This document shows, piece after piece, positions 41,338 through 55,000 of a stretch of DNA of 64,000 nucleotides. Under the pieces are notes generated by a model that worked only from the letters and a program-made list of their open reading frames with translations, ran no database searches and was not told the DNA's origin. The position numbers and the translations under genes are program-made. Position 1 is the first letter of the stretch; every line of letters starts with the position of its first letter. The stretch spans positions 5,952,001-6,016,000 of the forward strand of contig OX597829.1 of assembly GCA_951406725.2 (NCBI GenBank), in the 5' to 3' direction. The DNA comes from Octopus vulgaris. Lineage: Eukaryota.

Positions 41338-41340
<3 letters not shown>
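38453..41340 (-). mobile_element. R4/Dong-clade non-LTR retrotransposon (RT + CCHC + restriction-like endonuclease), disrupted, inserted in (TAA)n
   Basis: RT motifs WIDYKKAFDSIPH, GIFQGDTLSPLLF and HLLYMDDLKLY. CCHC CRICGDGQETINHIISGC..HRHD. RLE ANRPDIVV...LIDV...KEMEKLSKYKDLE. (TAA)n lies at both ends. Confidence 0.93.
39368..39510. repeat. (TTC)n/(GAA)n triplet expansion inside the LINE ORF
   Basis: About 143 bp of TTC with one TCA interruption. Confidence 0.95.
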
Positions 41341-41403
<63 letters not shown>

Positions 41404-41455
41404 ATTATAATTATTATTATTATATATTATTATTATTATTATTATATATATATAT

Positions 41456-41509
<54 letters not shown>

Positions 41510-41547
41510 TACCTACATATATATGTATATATATATATACATGTGTA

Positions 41548-42205
41548 TATGGTACAGGACATCCAAAACACGTTCAAGACAATGAGTAATGAATATATAA
41601 AAACAAAACATAGAAACAAGCTTTTGGGGGAACAATGAAAAAAAAAATAAACAGAGAAACGAGACATATACAACATAAAGAATATTTCCTGTCTTCAGTT
41701 GTCCCCGTTTCATCAACTCCGCGGATTCGAAGGTAAGGACAAGACGCGACTTCGTTGAAACAGTCCTTCCCGCAAAGCAAGTTAAATAAAATTTGGGATT
41801 TTTCGCGGAGGGTGAAAGTGGTAACAAGAACAGGACAATGAGAACAAAACAGTAAAAACAAACGGTGAGGGCTGTTAAGCCAAGACGATAGAGAAATTCT
41901 GAACGCTAGGCTGTCAAGCTTATGAGAGGAGACAGTATAAGCACGTTTTTTCTTTAGGAGGGTAATGAGCAGAGAGATAGATTCTCTTTCGTCACATGTC
42001 AGCGGCGAGAGAGTCGAAGAGGAGGAGGGAGAGAGAGGGAACGGGGAAGAGGCAAAGAGAAGAATAGGGAAGGGTGGGAGAGAAAAGCAGAAAGGATGAA
42101 GAACAAGAGAGGGAGAGAGATAGAGAAGAGATAGTAGAGATAGAAGAGTGCGCATCGTAATTATCAAGATAAAGTAATTGGAAAAGGATGCGTGGCATTC
42201 GATCA
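41548..42205 (-). mobile_element. Approx. 650-bp non-autonomous repeat, probably PLE-related, similar to 43158-44065
   Basis: Both copies begin tatgg(a)tacaggac, share acagagaaacga and gtcacatg, and end ggatgcgtggc.ttc.at. Both start at TA-rich microsatellite. Confidence 0.55.
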
Positions 42206-42237
42206 TATGATAATATAAATAATACATAAATATATAT

Positions 42238-42435
42238 CAGGTATTCCAGATGAACCAACTTCACGGCAGGAGGTGCAGATGAGGGCAGCTGCATCGAACT
42301 CTCTCATGCACCAAATGGCAGTTGCTAAAAAGCATCCGTGAAGTAAAATCATGTAGCAACACCAAATGGCGGTGCCCCAGCATGGCCACAGCTCATGAGC
42401 TGAAACTAGATAAAATAAAAAATAAAAATAAAATA
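42238..42435 (+). mobile_element. CR1-clade LINE 3' terminus
   Basis: GIPDEPTSRQEVQMRAAASNSLMHQ..*, then ggcggtgccccagcatggccacagctcatgagctgaaactag and an (AAAAT)-type tail. Confidence 0.7.
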
Positions 42436-42440
42436 GAATA

Positions 42441-42488
<48 letters not shown>

Positions 42489-42568
42489 CATGTATATAAT
42501 ATATATATATATATACATACGTGTATATAATAATAGTAATCATTCATATATATATATATGTATGTATA

Positions 42569-43135
42569 AAGGGAAAGTTTACGAAAATGAACAAAAGACG
42601 AAGGCAGGTGGTGTACAAATAAACAGATGTATTAGTATAGCGCTCAGGAATAGAAAAAGTCTTTTACGTTTCGAGCCTGCGCTCTTCTACACAAAGATAC
42701 ACAGAAAAAACAAGGAGAGAAAAAAATGTGTGTAATAGCTAATGATCTATCATGGCGTCTGACTTCGGACAGAATGGTCAGACGGGAGAGGGGAAGTAGG
42801 AGAGATAACAAGGCCAAGATGACCTCCAATACGAAGGAGCCCCCAACACAAAGGTGCGTGTGTGTTTAAGAGTGTATGTATGTGCGTGTGAAAGAGGGCT
42901 GGTGGTCTGGATGTGTATGTATGTGTGGGTGTGGAGATGTGGGGATGGGTGTGTGGGTGGTGAGTTGTGAGATGTGATGTGCAATGTTGTATGGTGCAGT
43001 GTAATGTGGTGTGATGTTGTGGGGAGGTGGGGGAGGCGAGAGTGGGGAAAGCACAGGTGGGGTGTGGGTTCGGCTGGGGTTGGGGTATAGTGGGGGTTGT
43101 GGGTAGGTAGAGGGTGGGTTAGATGTGAGGTATAT
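42569..43135 (-). mobile_element. PLE-associated repeat, longer member of the 1375-1525 family, with a G-rich segment
   Basis: Homology to 1375-1525, a hammerhead-like motif at 42660-42697, and (TA)n flanks. Confidence 0.6.
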
Positions 43136-43157
43136 ATATATATATATATATGCATAT

Positions 43158-44065
43158 ATGGATACAGGACGTCAAAAACTGTGTAAACAACATAAAATAC
43201 GTAAACAAACGAGTTAAATACGTAAACAACGAGAGAAAAAATGGAAGACTGGACAAGTAAACAGAGAAACGACTCTTCATCAGTTGTAGGCTGTCTATCT
43301 ACTCCTCGTTTCGAGAATTCAACGACAATATGAGTCTTCGAAGACAGTTGTTCCCATAAATTCTAAAATAAAATTTAGGATTAATGGCGGTTCAAAGTTG
43401 GGAACAAAAATAGGACAGTGGAGGCGTACAAGGAAATCGAACGAAAACAAGCTTGAAGGGTCGTTAGAGTAGAACGAGAGGTAAATAGGGAACACTGGGA
43501 GAAATATTTTCTTTGAAAGGAGAAAAGATTGGAGAGGAGAACGTTTAGTCCTTTGAACGTCCTTGCTAGAAAAGAAAGACACTATGATCATAAGAAAGAT
43601 GGGTGATGGTAACGTGTAAGCGAGAAAAAGAGAAAGAGGGTGAGAGAGAGAGACTGATAGAAAATGGTAAAAGAGACAGACAGACAGATAGGAAATGGTA
43701 AGGCGGCGAGCTGGCAGAAAAGTTAGCACGCCGGGCGAAATGCTTAGCGGTGTTTCGTCTGTTGTTACGTTCTGACTTCAAATTCTGCCGAGGTCGACTT
43801 TGCCTTTCATCATCTCGGGGTTGATAAATTAAGTACCAGTTACGCACTGGGGTCGATGTAATCGAATTCGTCTATTTGTCTGTTCTTTTTTGTCCGCTCT
43901 GTGTTTAGCCCCTTGTGGGCAATAAACAAATAAGAAAATGGTAAAAGAGGGAGGGGAAAAAAGGGAATTAGAGATGGATGAAGGAAGAAAACTATACAGT
44001 AGAGTCACATGAAAAAGGTGAGGTGAATATAAACTGATTTGGAAATGGATGCGTGGCGTTCAATT
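43158..44065 (-). mobile_element. Second copy of the 41548-42205 family, interrupted by a SINE
   Basis: Shared termini with 41548-42205. Confidence 0.55.
43702..43935 (+). mobile_element. SINE family A, full-length, with TSD aaatggtaa
   Basis: Complete head, core and tail. aaatggtaa occurs at 43693-43701 and 43936-43944. Confidence 0.9.
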
Positions 44066-45594
44066 AAATAATAATATATAGTACCATCAATTATTAATTG
44101 ATATTTTATACAATAAATGAATTTTTTGTGCATGCTAAACCACTCATATTATTCTGAATAACAATTCATAACAACTACGTGGGTTGTTGAGTATTGTTGT
44201 CTGGAAGTTTTTCTTATGATAGAGAAATAGCTAGATCTAACTGCTATTTCTAAATTTTGCTATGTGGTGAAGCAACTTTTTTGCTGAACCCTAATTATAA
44301 TTATACTCATTTCTATAAAAAAAAAATTGTTTAAGTTAACCGATAATAGTTCTTTTAACAAACCGAACTACTTGATAAAATTATTAATTATTAATTGATT
44401 AATTACTTTTAACCTTTATTATTATCTCTTATTATAAAAGGCAGATTTTATCTGCCTCCCTTTGGGAGTTATACAAATCTACAATATAGGATTTCTTTAA
44501 TTACAATTTACCTTGCATTTTTAAGAGTACAATGCATTGCGTCATGCCAGGTCCAGTTTTTAAAATTTAAACTCCAATTAAGCAAAATTTACAGAAAACT
44601 CACATTCTTGTGTGTGTGTCAAATGCTTTTCTTAGTCTGGTTTACACCACACGCAAACGCACACACACAGTGGGCAACGAATAAAATGAAAGTAAATAGC
44701 GACAGAGTGATTTGAGGAAGCCTAAACTGAAAGTAATTAAACCACTACTCAAAAAATAAAAAAACACAGCAAACAGAAACAAATAAATACATAACCATTT
44801 AGTCCTCACACAATTTCTTCAATTAGAATTTACCTAAGATTTTTCAAAGTACTCCATTCGCTCATGCCATAATATATTTCTTTCAATTTCACCCCCAATT
44901 AAGACAAAATTCGAGAAAACTCAATATTTTAACATATCACTCCGAAAGCATTGATGTACATGTGTGCTTGCGAGAGTGTGTGTGTGTCATTCCTCACACA
45001 CACGCATACACATACATATACAACTACATACAACTACATACACATACAACTACATACAAACACGTGTGTGTTTGTTATTAGTAAAAAAGGCGCAAAAACA
45101 CAACTCACTTATCATTCCAACACATTTGCAAAGACACACGGAGGACAGAAAAGGTAAATTGGTTTTTATTTTACTCTGTATATATTTTATTATATAATAT
45201 TATATATAGATATATGTATACATAATTGCAGTATGAAACAGTGTTTATGTATAAACAGACGACACTTATATATAGTTACCAAGCCGCCCGAATTTACCTA
45301 TTCATATTTAAATGAGAATATCAGAGCAAATCTCTTTAGTACATTCGTGAAAACACGTATTATACTTCGTAAACACTTCAACTACAGTTTTGTACAAAAA
45401 TCGAAGTGTAATTTTAATTCCGTGAATTATGGGAGATTTTTTTCCGAAATTTGTTCCTATTGTGTTTTCAAAATTTGTAATTCTGACAAAAAATGGATAC
45501 GAATTTCATTATATCAAGCAGCGAGTCAGAATTCGAAGGATTTTCTACTGAAGACCTTCATAAATCTAACTCTATGACTGAAAAAAAAAAAGCA

Positions 45595-45978
45595 TCTTTA
45601 TATAAGAGTGAAGTTGTGTGTCTGTCTCCTACGATTTCGATTCCTAACTACTCCCACATTTTGCGGTGCAGTTTAACCAAAAGCGGGTATCTTATAGTCG
45701 TGATTCATATCGAGCCCTTCTGGGTATTAGCGTGCGTCTACGATGAGTCTACGATTTAAAAAAATTTACCATCATATTTTTCCATTTTAATGCATTTTTT
45801 TCGCTTTTATATAAGGGAAGTAACTCTCTAAAAATATCTACGATGTGTCAACGATTTAAAAAATATTTACCTTAATTTTTTTTTTCAATTTTTAATGCAT
45901 TTTTTGGCTATAACTCTCTAAAAATGCTTATATAGTTATTTCCCTTACAACCCGAGCAACGCCGGGCGATACTGCTAG
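45595..45978 (+). mobile_element. Non-autonomous Helitron-like element
   Basis: A|TC 5' start, 3' hairpin cccgagcaacgccggg (45951-45966), then CTAG|T. Confidence 0.75.
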
Positions 45979-46053
45979 TATGTATATATAGGTGTATATT
46001 CATACATTTATATATATAATATAAATATATATGTATATATATAATATAAATAT

Positions 46054-46163
<110 letters not shown>

Positions 46164-46482
46164 AAAATTTTTAAAGAACTAAATCAATTTGTTTTAAAGA
46201 ACTAAATCGTTGTTTTTTAGGAAGCAAATATTTATGATAAACTCATCTTTATTATTTTACCTATCACATTTTGATTTTACTGTAATGTATTTACTGATTT
46301 CTTTCTCAAAATACGTAATAATCTACAGGTGTCACTATATTGAAACAATCCGCGTATAGTAACCTGCAGAATGTGAATATATATTGCGACAATATACTCC
46401 GCGTAACGCAGTTAATGTTTTAACGTGCCATGAAATGTTCTGAAGTGTAGCCTGTTAGTAAAGTAGTAAATATATATATATC

Positions 46483-46514
<32 letters not shown>

Positions 46515-46564
46515 TGTATGTATGTATGTATGTATGTATATTATGTATATATTTATGTGTGTGT

Positions 46565-46624
<60 letters not shown>

Positions 46625-46635
46625 ATACATATATA

Positions 46636-47135
46636 CATCGTGCGATGGGTAAATTCTCTCCATTTTACATTTTTTATTTTGAGAATGTGTATTGTTTGGT
46701 TTTGATTTTATCGGCTACACACTATAGTAGAATCAGTTGGGCACCGTCTGTAAGAAAAACAGCACCGTGATGCAGTTCACTCTGCCAGAAATTTGGAAAT
46801 GACATGCTGGATTGCTTGGCATTCGCGCCGTTATCCTCAATACGAAAATTTCAGAGTGTTTGTGTTTCATTCTGAAGACAGTGTAATCTGAGGACACGTG
46901 ATGGGAGTGACAAAAATCAAACATTCAGTCAACATCAAGGTTTTTGGAGTGATCACCTGTGATAGCGATGTTATGCCTCCATTCATTTTTCCATACGGCC
47001 TCAAACTCAACAAGGAGGTCTATACCAAATGCTTGGAGGAGATAGTGCTGCTCTAGATCAAGGGGGTAGATGCTGAAAAGCCCTATGTCTGGCAACAAAA
47101 TTGCACCTGGTCACACAAGCAGGAGAATACAATCG
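46636..47135 (+). mobile_element. Tc1/mariner (maT/DD37D-like) deletion derivative
   Basis: KVFGVITCDSDVMPPFIFPYGLKLNKEVYTKCLEEIVLL*IKGVDAEKPYVWQQ. Starts after TA and is truncated by a fold-back module. Confidence 0.75.
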
Positions 47136-47137
47136 TG

Positions 47138-47829
47138 TTAGTTATTAATTAATTTTACCAAGTAGTGTTCAGTATGTAAAAAGACCATTTGCGGTATATT
47201 TAAAACATTACGTTATATAATTAAGGTTCAGTAAAATAATTTACTTTACCACACACCGAACTTCTTTTGAGTATACATTGTCTAGGAGACTTTTCTTATA
47301 GTAGAAGAAATAGCTAATATTTTTTGGCTGCTATTTCTAAAAGTTCGGTGTGTGGTAAAGAAAATTATTTTACTGAACCCTAATTATATAACGTAATGTT
47401 TTTAATATACCGTAAATGGTCTTTTTACATACTGAACACTACTTAGTAAAACTAATTAATAACTAATTAATTTTACTCTTTTAATATTGATAATATAATT
47501 CTATCTCCCTGATATTAAACTACAGTTCTCTCTGTAGGAATTTGTCGCTCTATAACTCACGTGGGTGGAAGGGGAAGAATGCAAAGCCTCATTTGTACTT
47601 TTGAATTCGTTGGTACTGGCGGTCGAAGATGGTTTGTCTGGGATTACTCATATCAGACGGGTATGTTCGATTTTTAGTGCTCTCAAATCCAAATCTAAAG
47701 AAATCTTGAGCTGACGAAGGAAATGTTGATCTTTATATTCAACTAATCTAGAAACGGCGTTCTCAAGTAATCGATGTACGTGTGGTCTTTCGTTAGTTTT
47801 CCCTCTATACCTGCGTGAATTATTTTTGA

Positions 47830-47830
<1 letters not shown>
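47138..47830. mobile_element. PLE-type fold-back module with hammerhead motif
   Basis: Inverted arms at 47138-47263 and 47341-47466. A related sequence lies at about 44190-44420. Confidence 0.6.
47705..47767 (+). ncRNA. Hammerhead ribozyme motif with damaged stem II base
   Basis: cttgag-CTGACGA-aggaaatgttga...tcaactaatcta-GAAAC-ggc-GTT-ctcaag. Stem I is a perfect 6 bp. Confidence 0.6.
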
Positions 47831-47885
<55 letters not shown>

Positions 47886-48552
47886 ATGTATGTATGTATG
47901 TATGTATATATAATTGTGATGTGACTTTACTAACAGGCTACACTTCAGAACATTTCATGGCACGTTAAAACATTAACTGCGTTACGCGGAGTATATTGTC
48001 GCAATATATATTCACATTCTGCAGGTTACTATACGCGGATTGCTTGAATGTAGTGACACCTGTAGTTTATTACGTATTTTGAGAAAGAATTTAATAAATA
48101 CATTACATTAAAATCAAAATGTGATAGGTAAAATAATAAAGATGAGTTTATCATAAATATTTGCTTCCTGAAAACGATTTAGTTCTTTAAAAAAATTTGA
48201 TTGACAAACCCGTAGTATGTAAAGGAATAAACCATGTGATATAAAAGGAAAAATAAGACCAAAAGATTAATAATTAAATAAGCAAATATTTAGAATGTAA
48301 AGTATTGAGAAAAATAATAAAAAGAAGAAAAAATAAGGTTTAAAAATCGAAATAAGAGGGCTTGTTTGTTAAGTACAATATATTTGTTTCAGAAGTACGT
48401 GCAAAGAACTTGGCCTAAAGTAATAAAGAACTTGGCCTAATCTGTTGGAATTTCATGAATCGCTGATTTCGAAGGAGAGAGACGTTATTCTAAGACCACT
48501 GATAACGGCAACAACATACACGCATATACATCTCGAGCTCACACACACACAT

Positions 48553-48614
<62 letters not shown>

Positions 48615-48967
48615 ACAGACACACTCATATACACCCGCTGGCACATATATACAAGAGTCTTTGCACAACATATTTATATGAAGATAGTATTTTCTTAAAT
48701 AGCAGATTATTATCTAGCTTAAGTGACCAAAACTATCAATATTATTATTTATATCGACACATATACATTCGTGCACATATATATACTGACGATATATTAT
48801 ATACAGATGATATTCACACACAAAGTAATTCATACTTTATAAGGCTTACACAATATCAACCGCAAGAGTTAAGATAAATTTTACAAGAGTAGGAGTGCGT
48901 GTATGTATGTATGTATGTATGTATGTATGCATGTATGTATGTATGTATGTATGTATGTATGTATGTA

Positions 48968-49166
48968 TGTATATGTTTTTGTGTCTGTGTTTGTCGACCC
49001 AATATCGCTTGACAGCCGATGCTAGTGTGTTTACGTCCCTGTAACTTAGCGGTTTGGCAAAAGAGATCGATAGAATAAGTACTAAGCTTACAAAGAATAA
49101 GTCCTGGGGTTTTCTGCTATAGCCTTGTGAGTGGATTTGGTAGACGGAAACTGAAAGAAGCCCGTT

Positions 49167-49226
<60 letters not shown>

Positions 49227-49447
49227 ATGTGTGTGTGTCTGTGTTTGTCCCCTAACATTGCTTGACAACCGATGCTGGTGTGTTTACGTCCCCGTAACTT
49301 AGCGGTTCGGCAAAAGATACCGATAGAATAAGTACTAAGCTTACAAAGAATAAGTCCTGAGGTCGATTTGCTCGACTAAAGGCGGTGCTCCAGCATGGCC
49401 ACAGTCAAATGACTGAAACAAGTAAAAAAGTAAAAAAGTAAAAGAGA
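48968..49447 (+). mobile_element. SINE family B with internally duplicated body
   Basis: The body tgtctgtgtttgtc...ttacaaagaataagtcctg occurs twice. Tail ggcggtgctccagcatggccacagtcaaatgactgaaacaagtaaaa. Confidence 0.88.
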
Positions 49448-49530
49448 GCTAATTAAGTCTATTGATCAATAGACTTAATTAGCTCTCTTTTACTTTTTTA
49501 CTTTTTTACTTGTTTCAGTCATTTGACTGT
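49401..49530. repeat. Perfect 130-bp spacerless palindrome
   Basis: 65-bp arms centred at ...ctattga|tcaatag... (49465/49466). Confidence 0.95.
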
Positions 49531-50842
49531 AGCCATATTTATCGTTTATATCTCAATGTGGTTTGGCTAAACTGCAACTGAAAATCAGCCCAGCTGGACT
49601 GCAATAAGACTAACTAGATAAAGTAGAATAAGGCAGAAATATAGAAACATGGAAAGAAGGAAGTTATATTAATTAGAGTGTGCAGCCCTTCAGAGGTTGC
49701 TAGAATGGTAGCCATAACCGTGCATTTAGGTAAAAGCTAATGTATAAACTTTTATTATTGTGTAGGAAGGTACATGTGTAGACATCGCATTATGTGTCAT
49801 CATCGTTGGTTAAGGAGATTTGATTCACACGTAAATATTTCATAAGTTTCAGATAAGCATTAATTACAACTAGCATTACGAACTTGATAAAATTGTGCTT
49901 TACATTCGCTGGACCAAGCAATTTCATACTGAGCACCTTTGTCAGTAAGCATTCACAGAAAACTAGCTAAAGATGTAATATTAGATTTGCTTTTATTCCT
50001 AAAACTGCAAGGGTGGTTATGAAATTCACATCTAAACTAACTTGAGGTACCCTCAATATATACATAGACATTGCCAAGTGAATATACGGATCATTCTTAC
50101 TAAGGCAACAATTATTCCACTGACACAAAGATTTATTTCTACAATTACAGAGTTTCTTTACTCGATTGCATAGGTTAGGGTTGCTGTTTACGGGCGTGCT
50201 AAGGTGTATGATATCATCCTGATAATTTGATCACGGTGGATTACTGCTGTTATTTACATTAGAACATATGTGTGTGCGCGTGTTGTGTGTGCGCATGTTG
50301 TGTGCGCGCGTAGTATGTGTGTATAAAATATAGTACAGTTCTGCAACTTTGTATTATATTTTTGCCAATTATGCTGGCAAAGTGACTCAACTGTGTATAA
50401 TTGTATAATAAAGCCTGTGTAATAACGGCATACAGATTGCTGAAACATGCTTACGTTTTATAAAACGTATAATTAGGGATACATTTCCTGTAATTCATTC
50501 TCTCTCCCTTTCTCTCTCCCTCTCTCTTTCTATCCTTTCTCTCTCATTCTCTCTCTCTATTTCTCTATGTAAAGATATATATACAAACATATCTGATATC
50601 ATATGACTAGATTCTGCACAGGTTCTCTCAATCAAATTACATTTAGAATATTTTGTTTGGTCTGTGGTTTGCTCAAGGTGCTACCTTGAAGATTCAAACA
50701 AAGAGTCTATTATTCTGAAACGTTGAAAACTTTACAAGCGCTCGTATTAGCTTTCTCACGTATATTTACATATATACATACAAACATATTTTCATACATA
50801 TATACATAAGATGCTACACAACACACATGTATTCATATATAT

Positions 50843-50889
<47 letters not shown>

Positions 50890-50912
50890 CACACACACAC
50901 ACACACACATAC

Positions 50913-50952
<40 letters not shown>

Positions 50953-51134
50953 CAAAGTGTAACCACGTCATGGGGATCGTCTTCCTTTTCTCTTTGACTT
51001 TCCTCCGTCTCTTGCTCTAACGAAGACTTTTGCTCGAAACGTAAAACTACCTTTCTTTGCTTTTCTAATACTGTACCAAGTCCTCGCGTTGTTGTTATCT
51101 CTTGTGATTGTTCTTCATTTTGGGGGAAGTTATT

Positions 51135-51226
<92 letters not shown>

Positions 51227-51582
51227 GCGTTTATGCATATATGTGTATACATAGACATGTAATATTTTACGTTTGTCTATTGTGTAAACTATTTAGCTAA
51301 AAAAGGAAAGTAGAACGTTACCCGGAATGAGAAATATATTAGAATTTGTATTAAGATAAGTTTGCTTCAAACTTTTTTGTTTATCTATCTGTGTGCTTAT
51401 GTAGCATGCGAGTAAAAATATCAGTTTCATATGTATTGATTTCGAAAAGTTTTTAAATCCAGTCAAAAATGTGTTTATGAGAGAGAGTGAATTTGTGCAC
51501 ACTCTCATACACGCGCATGCACACTCATATAGTAATCTGATTCAATATGTGTGTGTATCTCTTTCTATCTCTCTTTCTTTCA

Positions 51583-51659
<77 letters not shown>

Positions 51660-52041
51660 TGTATATGTATTTGTATAAATAAATAGATATACATACATAT
51701 ATATACACACAAATATATACAAACGTGTATACATATGCATGCACACTTGTGTACGTGTGTGCATATGTGTCTGCATGTGTGTATGTGTGCGCATGTGTCT
51801 GTGTGTGTGTGTGTACGCGCGCACACACAATCACTTATGTGTTATTAACGCAAAATATTTCCCACGAAAGCGTGCGAGAAGGATTGATTGAAAATGATGT
51901 CTAGTAAAAAGCTTTGAAACGAACAAAAAGGGTTGGATGCACACACACACACGCACACACACACATATACATATATATATATATATATATGTGAATATAT
52001 GTATATATATATACATATATATATGCATATATACACACATA

Positions 52042-52126
<85 letters not shown>

Positions 52127-52437
52127 ATAAACATAGAGAAAGAGAGAGAGCGATAGGGCGGGGTGTAAACGATGTGTGGGAAACACGAAGAGAGTAAAGT
52201 GAGATTCAGTTTGGTTGGACGAAGAATGCGGCTGGCCTTAAGTCGAATAAATTCGATGTGTGTGTGCCTGTTTGTGTGTGAGTGTGTCTGTGCGTGAATG
52301 TGCGTGAATGCGTGATGTTTGTGTGAGTTGGTGCCCATGCGCGTACGTCTTGTGTGTTAATACGCATTTACATGTTTGTTTGTTTTCAACGTATTCAAAT
52401 ATACAACTGATATGAATTTACATACATACATACATAC

Positions 52438-52484
<47 letters not shown>

Positions 52485-52935
52485 TGTATATCACTTATCA
52501 ACTGTGAAAATATGAACCTACATGAAGTGTATATATACTTATGTGTGAGCGTGTGTATGTGTGTGTTTGTCTGCGTGTATCTCTCTGTATTGTAGTTCAG
52601 CGCGTGTGCGCGTGCAAGCACGTTTGTGTGCGTGCTTGCCTGTTTGTGCGTCACCGTTCTTGTCTTTTGCCTTCCTGCTTTCGTTATGCATCCACCCCCA
52701 CCCACACCCCTTTATTTGCACTTACACTTTTTTTTGAAAAAAAAAATATTTTAACATTCTAAGTCGATATTTTTAATCCGGTTTTGCTGAAAGTACAAGG
52801 ATCGATCCCCAGTGGTGTCAGTTTAGATTGTTAATATTTCGGTCGCATTAAACATGATTGAAGTGACAGAACATTGCGACGGCTCAGCAATAATTGTGTG
52901 TGAGGCGTGTTTGAATGCATATGGGCGTGTGTATG

Positions 52936-52993
<58 letters not shown>

Positions 52994-53479
52994 TGTGTGT
53001 GTGTGTGCGCGCATGTGTTTATTTGTGTCTTCTTGCTTTAGAAAACACGTTTGGTAAAAGCTGTTCCTCACGACTGTGTAATAAACTTTATCTGACATGC
53101 ATAAAAATACTAACAATATCAACAACAATAATTAATGCAATAAAAATCATAGTAATAGGGATATCGGCAACGAGAACATTGCTCGCACCACCACCATCAA
53201 TAAGAAGAAGAACAACAACAACAAACCGTGTAAACTTTCTAAGACGGTTGAAATGTAAAATGGGTATATATCAGTTCACGCGATTCATTCGATTTAAAAC
53301 TCACGGTTGCAGGAAGAAGCGTGCTCTTTAATACATTCGTAAATGAACCGTTTTCACTTCAATACAACTCAAACCAGTACAAATACCGACTTTAAATGTT
53401 GATAACGGTGTTTTTAAATTATGGTGTGCGAAATACATAAATACATACACAAATGCCTCTATTCATATGTGTACACACA

Positions 53480-53570
<91 letters not shown>

Positions 53571-54006
53571 ATACACGCACACACACATACACATACATAC
53601 AAAAAAATAGACATTGATATTAAAATACAAATTCACAACTCAGAAAAGAAAAGGTGAGAATTTGAAAAAAATGTTATTTGTGTATAACTAGAAAAATATA
53701 TAGGTTTCTTTCTTACTGTCTTTTTGTTCTTTTATTAATTATTATTATTATTGTTATTATTGGTAACTTCTTAGTTGTTTCTTCTTTATTTTAACTGAAG
53801 AACCAGAGCAAATAAATAAGGCAGAGAAAAGGAAGGAAAGAAAAAAAGAGAAGGCAAGATTGAAGTGAGAAAGAAGAATGAGAGGAGTAGATGAGCGTAT
53901 GTCAACAAAATGTAAAATTTCTTCTTAACAGATCTTCAGCTATTAAGTACACAATATACTCACACGCGTATACTTTGTGTATGTGTGCATGTGCGTATGT
54001 GTGTGC

Positions 54007-54051
<45 letters not shown>

Positions 54052-54799
54052 TGTGTGTGTGTGTGTGTGAGTGTATGAGTGTGCGTGCGTGAGAGAGAGA
54101 ATGTCTGTGTGTGTATGTGTTTGTTTGTGTGAGTATGCGCGCATGCGCGTGTGTATGTACAACATTCTAAGTACATGTGTGTACATATGTATATTGATGC
54201 GCGTGTGAGTGTACATATTCGTATAAATACGTAAGTCTATATTTACACACACACACACACACATACATGTTAAAATATGTGTGTGTATGGGTGCATGTGT
54301 GTGTATGCGTATGCATGTGTATGTGTATGTATATAGGTAGAAATTTAATTCAATCTTCACGGAGACCGAACTTTAAATAGATCTGAAAAGAAGTTATAAA
54401 GAAAAAGCAAACGATTTTATTGAAACACTTTTATTTGATTTAACAAAGAAACAAGTTTTTCATTTTATTGTGGGTTTCGCCAGCAGCTGGAAAATATTTT
54501 ACAACTGTAAATGTAGTATAAATTGTTTAAAAATTTCCTATATATTCCGAGCATTCTACAGAAATTTCAAAAAAATTCTGCTAGAATTAAGGAAGAACAA
54601 ATTCATGAAATTTCAATAGAAGACAACTTCAATCGAATCAGTGAAAGGAAGAGTGAAGGAAAGATGAGAATATCAATGAATGTTGAGAAGTAGTGAGACA
54701 ACATCATAACGTTGAAATCATTATCATCGCATTCGCTAAAATTATAAACAAATAACTAAAAAAAAAAAAAAAAAAAGAAAAAAGGTTCTTAAATATATT

Positions 54800-55000
54800 G
54801 GTTTCAAAGTTTAGCAGGCTGGGAGAGGGGGTAAATCAATGACATCGACCAAAGTGCTCAACTAGTATTTATGCTATCGACCCGGAAAGCGTGAAAGACA
54901 AAGTTAACATCAGCGAAATTTGAACTCAGAGCATAAAAGCGGATGAAATACCGCTAAGTATTTTCCTGGAGTGCTAATGGTCCTCCAGTTGGCTGCCTTT
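54800..55000 (-). mobile_element. SINE family A, diverged copy
   Basis: tcgacccggaaagcgtgaaagacaaagtt...tttgaactcagagc...gaaataccgctaag. Confidence 0.8.

Noticed and set aside
45270-45590. piggyBac-like 5' fragment (SSSESEFEGF) and a GGGTTAA end at about 29160
   Set aside because: Suggestive only; no paired TIRs, TTAA duplication or catalytic motifs could be confirmed.
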